A DNA stretch of 64,000 nt from Alphaproteobacteria bacterium (GTDB lineage Bacteria; Pseudomonadota; Alphaproteobacteria; JANQMY01): assembly GCA_965228775.1 (NCBI GenBank), contig OZ245840.1, forward strand, positions 773,326 through 837,325. The letters are read 5' to 3'. This document shows positions 10,501-19,800 of the stretch, one piece after another. The notes under the pieces are model-generated. The model was not told where the DNA came from, made no database searches, and worked only from the letters and a program-made list of their open reading frames with translations. How positions within the stretch are numbered: the stretch's first letter is position 1; each line of letters starts with the position of its first letter. The translations under genes and the position numbers were made by a program.

Positions 10501-13500
10501 ACCGATGCCGTGCTGGTCCCTCCATTCCCGTCATCTGCTGTGTAATCAAAGCTGGCCGCCCCCACATAGTCCGCGTCCGGCGTAAACAGCACGTCGCCGT
10601 TTACATCCAGCGAGGCGGTTCCGTTCACGGCATTCCCCACCGAAGCGATCGTGAGCGTATTGTTTTCCGGATCGGTGTCATTCGCCAGCAAAACAGATGC
10701 CAGAATAGTGGTTGGTGTGTCTTCGACCACTGTGGTTGAGTCAGCCACTGCCGTTGGCGGATCGTTGACCTCCTGGACCTCGACATTGGCGGTTCCGGTG
10801 CTGCTGCCCCCGTTGCCGTCGTCCACTGTGTAATCAAAGCTGGCCGGCCCCACATAACCCGCATTCGGGGTGAACTGAACATCCCCGTTCACATCTAAGC
10901 TGGCTGTCGCGTTGACGGCATTGGTAACCGACGTGACAGTGAGCGTATCGTTTTCCGCATCCGTATCATTCGAGAGCAATGTGGATGCCGGGATTGTCGT
11001 GGGAGTATCTTCGGCTGCCGTCAAGGAATCGGCCACCACTACCGGTGCATCGTTCACAGCCGTCACATCGACCGTGACGGTCGCGGTATCAGTACCGCCA
11101 TTGCCGTCATCCGCCGTGTAATCGAAACTTGCCGTGCCGAAAAAGTTCGAGTCAGGTGTGAACAGCACGTCCCCATTCACGTCCAGAGAGGCCGTACCAT
11201 TTGACAGGTTCCCGACCGACGCAATTGTCAGCGTATCGTTTTCCGGATCGGTATCATTTGCAAGCAAAGACGATGCGAGCAGAGTCGTTGATGTGTCTTC
11301 GACAACGGTGACGGAATCCGCAACTGCCGCCGGTGGGTCATTAACCGGTGTCACATCCACCGTTACTGTCGTTGTGCTGGTACCACCGTTACCGTCATCG
11401 GCCGTGTAGTCGAAAGCCGCGGCGCCAACATAACCAGCATCGGGTGTGAACAGCACATTGCCATCTAGGTCGAGCGCGGCCGTACCATTTGACGGGTACG
11501 CAACAGAGGCGATCGTCAACGTGTCGTTGTCCGGGTCCGTATCGTTCGCAACCAATGTCGACGCCAAGATAGTTGTCGGCGTATCCTCCGGCACCGCTAC
11601 GGCATCCGCCACCGCGGTTGGCACATCATTAACCGGTGTGACGTTAACAGTCACTGTCGTCGTATTCGTGCCGCCGTTCCCGTCATCGGCGGTGTAGTCG
11701 AAGCTCGCCGCTCCCGCAAAATCCGCCGCCGGTGTGAAAACAACATCGCCGTTCACGTCTAGAGAAGCCGTGCCATTCACGGCGTTGCTGACAGAGGCGA
11801 TCGTCAGCGTATCATTCTCCACATCGGTGTCGTTCGACAACAAGGTCGCCGCAAGAATGGTTGCTTGCGTGTCCTCTACTGTCGTTGCCGTATCGGCAAC
11901 TGCAACCGGAGCATCGTTGACCGGCGTGACATCAACAGTCACGCTTGCGGTACTTGTTCCGCCATTTCCGTCGTCAGCGGTATAGTCAAAGCTTGCGGCC
12001 CCAACATAGTCCGCATTTGGCGTGAACACGACGTCGCCGTTCACGTCCAGAGAGGCCGATCCATTCACGGCAGCTCCCACCGACGCTATCGTCAATGTGT
12101 CATTTTCCGGGTCGGTATCATTCGCCAGCAATGACGAAGCCAAAATGGTTGTTGGTGTGTCTTCAGCAAGAGTGGCCGTGTCTGCCACGGCTGTTGGCGC
12201 ATCGTTCACGGCATTCACAGTAACCGATACTGTTCCGGTCGCGTTGCCGCCATTTCCGTCCGTAACCGTGTAGCTGAAACTATCCGCGCCTGCAAAGTCC
12301 GCATTCGGTGTATAAGTGACACTGAGATTGTCCAAAGCGACCGTAACGGTGCCGTTCGTGCCGTTTGTCGCCGAGACAATGGTGAGTGTATCAGCCTCAG
12401 CATCCGTATCGTTGGCCAGCGGCGTCACAACTACAGCAGTTTCCTCGTCTGTCGTGACATTGTCGTTAACGGCCACAGGCGCATCGTTAACCGCGTTGAC
12501 AGTTACAGTCACTGTTGCAGAGGCACTACCGCCATTTCCATCGGATGCGGTGTACGTGAAACTGTCCGCACCGGCAAAATCCGCGTTCGGTGTGTACGTC
12601 ACACTAAGACTGTCTAATGCTACCGTTACAGTGCCGTTTGTGCCGTTCGTAGCTGAAGCAATCGTCAGAGGATCGTTTTCCGCATCCGTGTCATTCGCCA
12701 GAGGACTGATGGTGACGGCATTGTCTTCATCCGTCGTCGCGCTGTCATCGACTGCCACCGGTGCGTCATTCACGGCGTTGACAGTCACTGCCACGCTGGC
12801 TGTGTCGCTACCACCATTTCCATCAGAGACCGAATAGGTGAAACTGTCGGCGCCGCTGTAGCCAGCGTTCGGCGTATAGGTGAGGCTGAGATTGTCGGGC
12901 GCGAGACTGACCGTCCCATTGGCGCCGTCAGTTGCGGACGCAATCGTTAGATTGTCACCGTCCACGTCCGTGTCGTTTGCCAACGGCGTGACTGTCACCA
13001 CACTGTCTTCGTCAACCGTTGCCGTATCATTGGCCGCTGTGGGTGCATCGTTCACCGCAGCCACATCGATCGTCACTGTCGCCGAATTGGTCCCGCCATT
13101 GCCATCATCGGCGGTGTAGTCAAAATTTGCACTGCCAGCGAAATTTGCATCTGGCGTGAACAGAACATCACCGTTCACATCCAATGCCGCTGTCCCATTG
13201 ACAGGACTTGCTACCGACGACAGCGTTAGCGTGTCATTCTCGGGATCGGTATCGTTGGCCAACAATGTCGCCGCCAATATGGTTTCCGGCGTGTCTTCCG
13301 TTGCGGTCGCCGAATCCGCGACGGCAACAGGCGGGTCGTTTACCGGACTAACGGTCACAGAGACGTTGGCCGTGTCGCTGCCGCCATTCCCGTCTGAGAT
13401 CGTATAGGTAAAGCTGTCCGCCCCTGAATATTCAGCATTTGGCGTGTAGGTTACGCTCACCCCATCCACCGCCACGCTGACTGTGCCGTTGGTGCCGTTC

Positions 13501-16049
13501 GTCGCGGCAGTAATTGTTAGGGTGTGTCCATCAACATCCGTATCATTGGCAAGCGTTGTGATTACGGCCGCTACGTCTTCATCTGTTGTCGCCGTATCGT
13601 CATTGGCGACAGGTGCATCATTAACGGCGTTGACCGTGACCGAAACCGACCCGGTAGCACTGCCGCCATTCCCGTCGGATACCGTATACGTGAAGCTATC
13701 GGCCCCCTCATAGTTTGCCGCCGGCGTGTATGTCACGCTGAGATTATCCACAGCGACACTCACTGTTCCGTTCGCGCCGTTGGTCGCGGAGGCGATGGTC
13801 AACGTATCGCCTTCCACATCCGTATCATTGGCAAGAGGGGTGATCGTAACAGCCGTGTCTTCGTCCGTTGTCGCCGTATCATTATTCGCGACGGGGGCAT
13901 CGTTTACCGGGGTGACGGTTACCGAGATCGTAGCCGTCGCCGAGCCGCCGTTTCCATCAGAGATCGTATACGTGAAACTATCCGATCCGTTATATCCGGC
14001 ATTCGGCATGTAAAGAATACTGAGGCCGTCCACAGCCACGTCAGCGGTACCATTTGTGCCGTTGGTGGCCGAAGCAATCGTCAACGTATCATTGTCAATG
14101 TCTGTGTCGTTCGTAAGCGGGTTTATCGTCACGAACTCGTCTTCGTTCACAACCGCCGTGTCGTCGACCGCCACCGGAGCATCGTTGGCGGCGGATACAG
14201 TGACGGTAACCGTCGCCGTGCTCGTTCCGCCATTGCCGTCGTCAGCGGTATAGTCGAAGGCCGCGCTGCCGAAGTAATCAGCATTGGACGTAAAGACCAC
14301 ATTGCCATTCACATCCAACACAGCACTGCCATTGATGACGTTTGCAACCGAGGCGATCGTCAACACGTCATTATCAGGGTCGGTATCGTTCGCCAGCAAT
14401 GTAGCCGCCAATATGGTTTCCGGAATGTCTTCCGTTGCCGTGACGGCATCGGCCGCGGCGACAGGGTCGCCATTCACTGCTGAATTCACGGTGACCGTGA
14501 TGGCCCCTGTGGCGTGGCCCCCTTCACCGTCACTGATGGTGTACGTAAAGCTATCCGTGCCGGCGAAGGACGCAGACGGCGTGTAAGTGAGGCTTGCACC
14601 GCCTGCGGCCACCGCCACGGTGCCATAGCTGCCGTTCGTCGCCGATGTGATCGTCAGCGGATCGTTGTCCGGATCCGTGTCATTGGCGAGGGCGCTGATC
14701 GTCACCGCGACGTCCTGATCCGTCGTGGCCGTATCGTTGTTCGCCACCGGGAATCCATTCCCCCCCGCCCCTGCAGCCCCAATAAAGGCCATCTCACAGC
14801 CAATACCGGTGAACACATGTTCCGAACTGGCAAGCCATGCATTGCTGTCACAATAGCCAACCGTGGAGTCGTAAATGAGGGTCGTGTTCGCGGTGCGCAC
14901 CCTGTAATGCACGGTGCCGCCGATATTTTCCTGCACGGCGGAGAACGAACTTTGGACAACGCCGTCTGCATTGATTACCAGAAGAAACCCTTTAACCACG
15001 AGAACCGAGACCGTTCCCGTATCGGTCATGCCGTCCGCATCGGAAATCGAATAGGTGAATTCATCAAGCCCCACATAGGCCGTATTCGGCGTATACCGCA
15101 CAACACCGGGAGAGATGATCGACGTCGTCCCATGGCTGCCGGCCGCAACGCTGTCCAGCGTGATCGCGTCGCCATCCGGATCCACATCATTCGACAAAAC
15201 TGAAATATCGAGCGCGGTTTCGAACTCGACCCGCACGCGGTCCATCACCGCCACTGGCGTGCGCTTGAACTGCACCGTAATGTCGGCGGACGCCATGCCG
15301 CCATAGCCGTCGCTCACCGTGTAACTGACAGTTTTTGACCCGACAAATCCCGGATTTGGATCGAACTGAATCTGGGTTCCATTGTTGATGATCTGCGCCG
15401 TCCCGCCCGTGAATGGCGTGACGCCCGTAATCGTGAGCTGGTGACCGTCGGCATCCGTATCATTCTGCCGTGGATCGATAACCAATTGCGTATCCACCAA
15501 TCCGGTTATCTGGTCCGCATTGGCGACGGGAGATTGATTGGCGTTAATCGTCAGCGAGACCGTGGCGGTGTCACTCCCGCCCCGCCCGTCTTCGATCGTG
15601 TAAGTGAATGAATCCGGCCCCAGGAAATCCAAATTGGGCGTGTATTCAAGCGTATTCCCATTCACCCTTACCAAGGTGCCGTTGCCCGGCGCCGTAAACG
15701 AAGCGACGGTCAATACATCATTGTTGCCGTCTGTGTCATTATCTGTCGGGTTGAACCTTCTGGTCTCATTTTGCACCAGTGTCAGCGTATCGTCGGCGGC
15801 CACGGGCGGCACATTGACCGGCACGTTGGATACCGTCTCGGACACCCGGTTGCCGGCGGCGTCGTGCACATAGTCCACTTGCGACCCGTCATCGTAGATG
15901 ATGCGTATGAGCCGCCCCAATTCGTCATAATCGTATGTTTCCGCAACGGCAGCGCCCGCAAGGACCGTGAGTGCTGAAAATGCAAAGAGGGCCTGGCGGA
16001 CACGGGCCACCACGCCGTTCGATTTCGATCGACCGTTAAGTTTTTGCAT
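7566..16049 (-). CDS. giant tandem-repeat adhesin-like protein (cadherin-like/VCBS-type repeats)
   Basis: ~2827 aa from ATG 16049 (MQKLNGRSKSNG..., signal peptide ALFAFSALTVLAGAAVA). About 23 consecutive ~95-aa repeats of the form VNDAPxA.DDtaTt.EDT...I....LLaNDTDpDnDTLTI.SV.....GtA.LD.NGDV.FTP.A.Y.G.ASFDYTADDGNGG....TVTV. An RHS-type YD motif (YDYDELGRLIRIIYDDGSQVDYVHDAAGNRVSE) lies near the N-terminus. Two non-repeat beta-sandwich-like inserts are present. Confidence 0.8.
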   Translation of the reverse strand: MQKLNGRSKSNGVVARVRQALFAFSALTVLAGAAVAETYDYDELGRLIRIIYDDGSQVDYVHDAAGNRVSETVSNVPVNVPPVAADDTLTLVQNETRRFNPTDNDTDGNNDVLTVASFTAPGNGTLVRVNGNTLEYTPNLDFLGPDSFTYTIEDGRGGSDTATVSLTINANQSPVANADQITGLVDTQLVIDPRQNDTDADGHQLTITGVTPFTGGTAQIINNGTQIQFDPNPGFVGSKTVSYTVSDGYGGMASADITVQFKRTPVAVMDRVRVEFETALDISVLSNDVDPDGDAITLDSVAAGSHGTTSIISPGVVRYTPNTAYVGLDEFTYSISDADGMTDTGTVSVLVVKGFLLVINADGVVQSSFSAVQENIGGTVHYRVRTANTTLIYDSTVGYCDSNAWLASSEHVFTGIGCEMAFIGAAGAGGNGFPVANNDTATTDQDVAVTISALANDTDPDNDPLTITSATNGSYGTVAVAAGGASLTYTPSASFAGTDSFTYTISDGEGGHATGAITVTVNSAVNGDPVAAADAVTATEDIPETILAATLLANDTDPDNDVLTIASVANVINGSAVLDVNGNVVFTSNADYFGSAAFDYTADDGNGGTSTATVTVTVSAANDAPVAVDDTAVVNEDEFVTINPLTNDTDIDNDTLTIASATNGTNGTADVAVDGLSILYMPNAGYNGSDSFTYTISDGNGGSATATISVTVTPVNDAPVANNDTATTDEDTAVTITPLANDTDVEGDTLTIASATNGANGTVSVAVDNLSVTYTPAANYEGADSFTYTVSDGNGGSATGSVSVTVNAVNDAPVANDDTATTDEDVAAVITTLANDTDVDGHTLTITAATNGTNGTVSVAVDGVSVTYTPNAEYSGADSFTYTISDGNGGSDTANVSVTVSPVNDPPVAVADSATATEDTPETILAATLLANDTDPENDTLTLSSVASPVNGTAALDVNGDVLFTPDANFAGSANFDYTADDGNGGTNSATVTIDVAAVNDAPTAANDTATVDEDSVVTVTPLANDTDVDGDNLTIASATDGANGTVSLAPDNLSLTYTPNAGYSGADSFTYSVSDGNGGSDTASVAVTVNAVNDAPVAVDDSATTDEDNAVTISPLANDTDAENDPLTIASATNGTNGTVTVALDSLSVTYTPNADFAGADSFTYTASDGNGGSASATVTVTVNAVNDAPVAVNDNVTTDEETAVVVTPLANDTDAEADTLTIVSATNGTNGTVTVALDNLSVTYTPNADFAGADSFSYTVTDGNGGNATGTVSVTVNAVNDAPTAVADTATLAEDTPTTILASSLLANDTDPENDTLTIASVGAAVNGSASLDVNGDVVFTPNADYVGAASFDYTADDGNGGTSTASVTVDVTPVNDAPVAVADTATTVEDTQATILAATLLSNDTDVENDTLTIASVSNAVNGTASLDVNGDVVFTPAADFAGAASFDYTADDGNGGTNTTTVTVNVTPVNDVPTAVADAVAVPEDTPTTILASTLVANDTDPDNDTLTIASVAYPSNGTAALDLDGNVLFTPDAGYVGAAAFDYTADDGNGGTSTTTVTVDVTPVNDPPAAVADSVTVVEDTSTTLLASSLLANDTDPENDTLTIASVGNLSNGTASLDVNGDVLFTPDSNFFGTASFDYTADDGNGGTDTATVTVDVTAVNDAPVVVADSLTAAEDTPTTIPASTLLSNDTDAENDTLTVTSVTNAVNATASLDVNGDVQFTPNAGYVGPASFDYTVDDGNGGSSTGTANVEVQEVNDPPTAVADSTTVVEDTPTTILASVLLANDTDPENNTLTIASVGNAVNGTASLDVNGDVLFTPDADYVGAASFDYTADDGNGGTSTASVAVDVTAVNDPPVAVADSVTATEDTPETILASTLLANDTDVESDPLTITSVGNGTNGSVALDVNGDVLFTPNSDYAGVASFDYTAGDGNGGSATATVTVNVSPVNDAPMAVSDNATILEDTPTTILASALLANDTDPENDTLTIASVANAVNGTASLDAGGDVLFTPNAAFIGTASFDYTADDGNGGTSSATVTVDVQAAPQLVRVEAESMTLTGFNTESVVGVASNDQIIHLPYLEFIGFESALPPFSGTATYTYSGQAGTFDLVLGYFDENDGTSTVDVSVNGSPVGSVTFDQQLGSARATAATKTSTVVATAIALTSGDTIQISGNTSVREFARIDYLDIIVNAAANNNPPTAVADTATISEDTPTTILASSLVANDTDPDNDTLTIASVANAANGTASLDVNGDVLFTPNANFSGAASFDYTADDGNGGTSTATVTVSVTAVNDFPTAVADTVAVTEDTLATILASALLANDTDPDNDTLTISAVGSATNGVVSLDVNGDVAFTPNAGYVGAASFDYTANDGNGGTSSVSVSVQVQTVNDPPVAVADSATVTEDTPATILASALLANDTDPENDTLTVASVANAVNGTASLDVNGDVLFTPATNFAGTASFDYTADDGNGGTNVATVTVTVTSVNDAPVAAGDSLTVTEDTPTTILASTLLANDTDVENDTLTITALGAATNGTASLDVNGDVQYTPNVNYAGSDSFTYDISDGNGGASSATVSIGVTAVNDAPTAVADSVTATEDTATTFLASTLLANDTDPENDTLTIASVANAVNGTASLDVNGDVLFTPNTGYTGAASFDYTANDGNGGTSSAVTVSVDVQAAAQPVRIETEDMSLTGFQTDTVSGVASNNQIVRLPSFIFFGIETGTGATVGTATSTFAGSAGTYDITLGYFDENDGTASAVVNVNGSAIGSKVFDQSLGSSTASAANKTSAVIATNVSLAPGDSIQIVGTRAGGEMVRVDYLDIVPSP
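8080..14800. repeat. ~285-bp intragenic tandem repeats (about 23 copies) within the adhesin gene
   Basis: Highly similar protein repeats are mirrored at the DNA level. They produce many spurious antisense ORFs with an SPFTS...VPF...SVSFSGSVSFA periodicity. Confidence 0.75.
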
Positions 16050-16816
16050 TCCGTAAAAGATCCTCGCACTCAAATAGTCAAAGGGGTGCATCAGGCACAC
16101 CAATAGCGGCAACGTTTCCGGCATTCGAAAACGAACACAAACAAGCGCAAACCTGCTTACCGTGATACGCAATAGAGCGGCGATGCGCTCCGTACAAAGA
16201 TTATCAATCGAGGAAGTTTTGTGTGACGGCCCAATGAGCAAGACAGCTCAAAAATATCACACGATAGAAAATCCCCCCACTGCACGAAGCGCACAATCGG
16301 CGTGTCCTTCGCGCGGCAATTCACACACACCTGTTTAGCGTGTGTCAAGTTAAAGTTTCCCGAAAATCGTTCACATTCTGCGCGTGTATAAATTTTCTTA
16401 TTCAACACAGCAACATAGCGGAAAAAATAGTTATTCTGCTTACTGATTATTTTCATAAATCCGATTTCACAAAAACTTTGCAATTTCGGATTGTGAACTC
16501 AAAACGAGATTTTTCTGTTGACTCACTCATGCGTTGTGAGCAGCATTGCCGCCGAGAGTAACTTTGGGGGGACAGCTGTTTGCTTCCGGAATGGGAGCAA
16601 CGCTATCGACAGGGGTTCATCCAACTATTCGTGTTCATGCGTTCTTTGAACTCTCTCAACAGTGACACATAAGCAATTCTCAGGGGTAAATCTCGGGAGT
16701 AAATCTCGAGCGCAAATCTCGAAGATGAGTCCTGGCCGTGATGACGACAGTCATGCACGCGCGCATATATGTGCGGCGCGCGGCCGGGGAAGTTTTATTT
16801 AACGTGGAGGCCGTCG

Positions 16817-19800
16817 ATGTCCGCGAACGGTGGTGGTGTGTTTGGTTTTGGTGCGTTGACCTTAAAGAATCTTTGTCGGATGGGTACGGTTGGAACCGTT
16901 GCTCTGGCGGCCGCAACGGCCAATCTATTGTTGGACGACTATCCTGCGGCCGCGCAAGTCGTTGTTGAGGTTGATGGCACCCCGCCTCCACCGCAATCGT
17001 TTATTGAAGACACACTTCCAGCCATGCGGCTGCGCTCTATGCCGCTTATATCGCCTACAGATGCGTGGACATACTACCAAGCAAACGGAGGCAATACATC
17101 GCCGGCTGACCCGACACCAAACTATAGAATTGGCAGCTATGCGGCGAACGTTCTGGCAGCCCCATCCCTAATCCAGGAAAACATTCATGACAGTGTCGAG
17201 CTAACCCCCCTATTTGGTCTCCAGAAAGGCGCGGTGGGAGCGATTACGAATGGTACCGGCACAACGTTTGACATGGCGCACTTGGCCGTCAGCTTATTGC
17301 GGGTAAGCAGTGTTCCGGAGAGACCGATAACAGCCAACTATAAGTTTGGGACCGTGACGCTCAATGCGGAACAATTCGGCAAATGGTTTGGTGTTTTCGA
17401 TAACCTTGATGAAGCGAATCAAACATTCACGGTTTCGGCCACAGCCGCCTGCAAAATCCTCGCCGATGGTGGATTTCCAGCCCAAATTAATGGCAACAGC
17501 CCATCAGATTGCAATATCAGCGGTAATCTCAGCACGGTTACCTTCTCTCACGTTTGGGTTAGCGGAACCATTGATGGCGCCCCATTCGAGTTCGACCCAT
17601 CTTATAAGCAACACCGTTTGCATGCCGGTATCCCAAACTTAGCGGGCGCCTTAGGTCACTCGAGTGCCAAAACAACGGCATTGATGAACCTTATAAGCTG
17701 CTCCGCAAGCAACTGCACAAACTTCAATGCCAATGCCGTTAAGCCGGAGATTCAAACTCTCGCCGATAATCTGCTCACCTACATCAAAAACAACGATGAG
17801 AGTCTGCGTTTAGAAGGTTTGCTGGGCGGCAAAACGATTGAACATCTCACGAATGCAGATTTGTCGCTCCCAACCGGCCCGACCTATCAAGCAACGGCCA
17901 CCTGGACTCAGCATATTCCCAACGTCTTCAGAACAACGGTTGTGATTGAAGACAGCGCGACAGTATATCAAAAGAGAGCCACTCAATCCGCGCCGCCGAC
18001 AAACGGCTTTATCATCACAACGGTGACTTTTCCGCACGAGCTGAGATCAAACGTCTTTAACTTTTCAAAGACATTCTATGCCGATGAGATCAACGGCGAG
18101 CGCATTTGGATTGATCCCAAAAAAGTTTTCATTCTCCAAGACAACACGGTAACTCCTAACCGTTTCTATCCGGTGGCTCAGCATAAGCTCCGGATCGATA
18201 CGGATATCTTCGAAATGAATCCATTGGACGGTGGTTTTTTCCTCAATCCGTATGCGCACTACAAATATGATATTGGTGCGATTGCCGAAGAACTCGGTGT
18301 TCCAGACGGGCAAAATTACAAAGGCCAGTTTCCGGTCCGCCTGACGTCGGTTCCGTTTAAAATCACGGTAAATCATCCCTATGCAGCAAATAACGGCACG
18401 GGCATGGACCGTGTCTATAAGCGCAAAGTCGATATTACGCATCCCGCCGTTCTTGTGGTTGGCCTTGGCGATACCACAGACCGTTGGGTCGAAGAAATCG
18501 CCCGCTACGCGTCTTTCCCGATATCGGCACGTACGGATATTCAGAATCAGAACAACGACAACTGGGCCGGATTCGAGCCCTATTCCACGGAAGCCTCACA
18601 TGTAACCGGGGCCACCTGGCTGTCAGGTTTTTCAAAACTCGCAAAAATTCAAGAAGCCATCTCAAAATCAACGATACAGCATCACCACACAATCGGGTTT
18701 GTGATGCGCGACACCCAAAGCACCACAGTATCCGGGAACACTGTCGCTGGGTCGTTTGCGGAAACAATATCTCTAGATACAGCCGTAAGCGTTAATACAC
18801 AGATAGACGCATCAAACCTGCGCCTGCCAACATTTCGCGTGCTTGCAAGTGGGGGCGCCGCGCTGGAAGGACTGGCCATTAGTGAGGTTTATGACTTCGC
18901 ACAACCGTCAACGGTTGGTGGCTACGTGGCCGATTTGGGCGCGTCGAACAAAACTTTCCAAAACTACACCGCATCAGGCTCGGTGGTTGCGGCCCGCACA
19001 TCTGCAATGGATGGTCAAAGCCCGGCGTTTTCCCTCGAAGAAAAAGACTACGTCAACCGCTACTACACCGGCGGTTTTGATGTCTTCATGGCCCTAAACC
19101 AAACGGGTGGGTCAGCCAACGCCCCGCAGCTTGGTTTTGGAACCGCTTCACCCAACAATTTCCTTCACAAGTTCCGAACCCTTATTGCAACCAAGACAGA
19201 CGGAACCGAGATCGCTCATGCTCTCATTGACCGTTGGAACATTTTCAAAGGTGGCGCGGGCATACCGGAAGTCACTCATGATGGGTTTTCAAACCTTGGC
19301 CTCAACTATTCAGGTGCCCGCGCAGCCTCGGGAGCTGCTCTGACGGGTTTTGACGCAATCAGCGGAACACTTACGTACTCGCCGCCGGCCTATATTTCGG
19401 TTGGCAATGGCAGTTATCCTTACACCCTTAGTTTCCGGCAACATTTTAACTCCCACGACCTGAACAACTGGACGCACAATCTGGACAGCAAGGTTACCGT
19501 GGGCACAAATGTGTCGGTGTCGCTTGGGCGCAACCGCGCGCTTGATGCCGTCTGGGCCATTGCAGCCAGCTTCGCTGCCCTTGATGTTTACAGCGACGAT
19601 GCCATCGACCATATGCTGGTCGGCGCCGTGGTGATGGACCAATGGGCGCGCGCCTCCGTTCATAATGTCGCCACGGTGAAACGCGGCACGGACGTGATAC
19701 AGTTTTCCCGTGCCAGCGATGGCGCATTCATGGCCCCTCTTGGGCGCACGGAGTCGTTAACAATGGTCGGCACGGGGCCTGCCCGTTTCGCGCAAGATCT

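Noticed and set aside
8080-14800. A highly regular ~285-bp repeat array that could be mistaken for a CRISPR-like or satellite array.
   Set aside because: The repeats are coding and in-frame with conserved protein-level motifs. There are no short unique spacers, and the unit length is far longer than CRISPR repeats.
7725-15977. Dozens of 60-320-aa ORFs on the plus strand (e.g. 13524-14483, 14514-15203) with periodic SPFTS...SVSFSGSVSFA patterns.
   Set aside because: They are antisense or alternate-frame shadows of the 285-bp tandem repeats inside the giant adhesin gene. Their periodicity simply mirrors the sense-strand repeat.
16157-16561. Small ORFs (16157-16483 minus, 16340-16561 plus) in the adhesin/rhs intergenic region.
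   Set aside because: Low-GC sequence, mutually overlapping, Cys/Phe/Ile-rich products typical of AT-rich non-coding DNA. More likely a promoter region.
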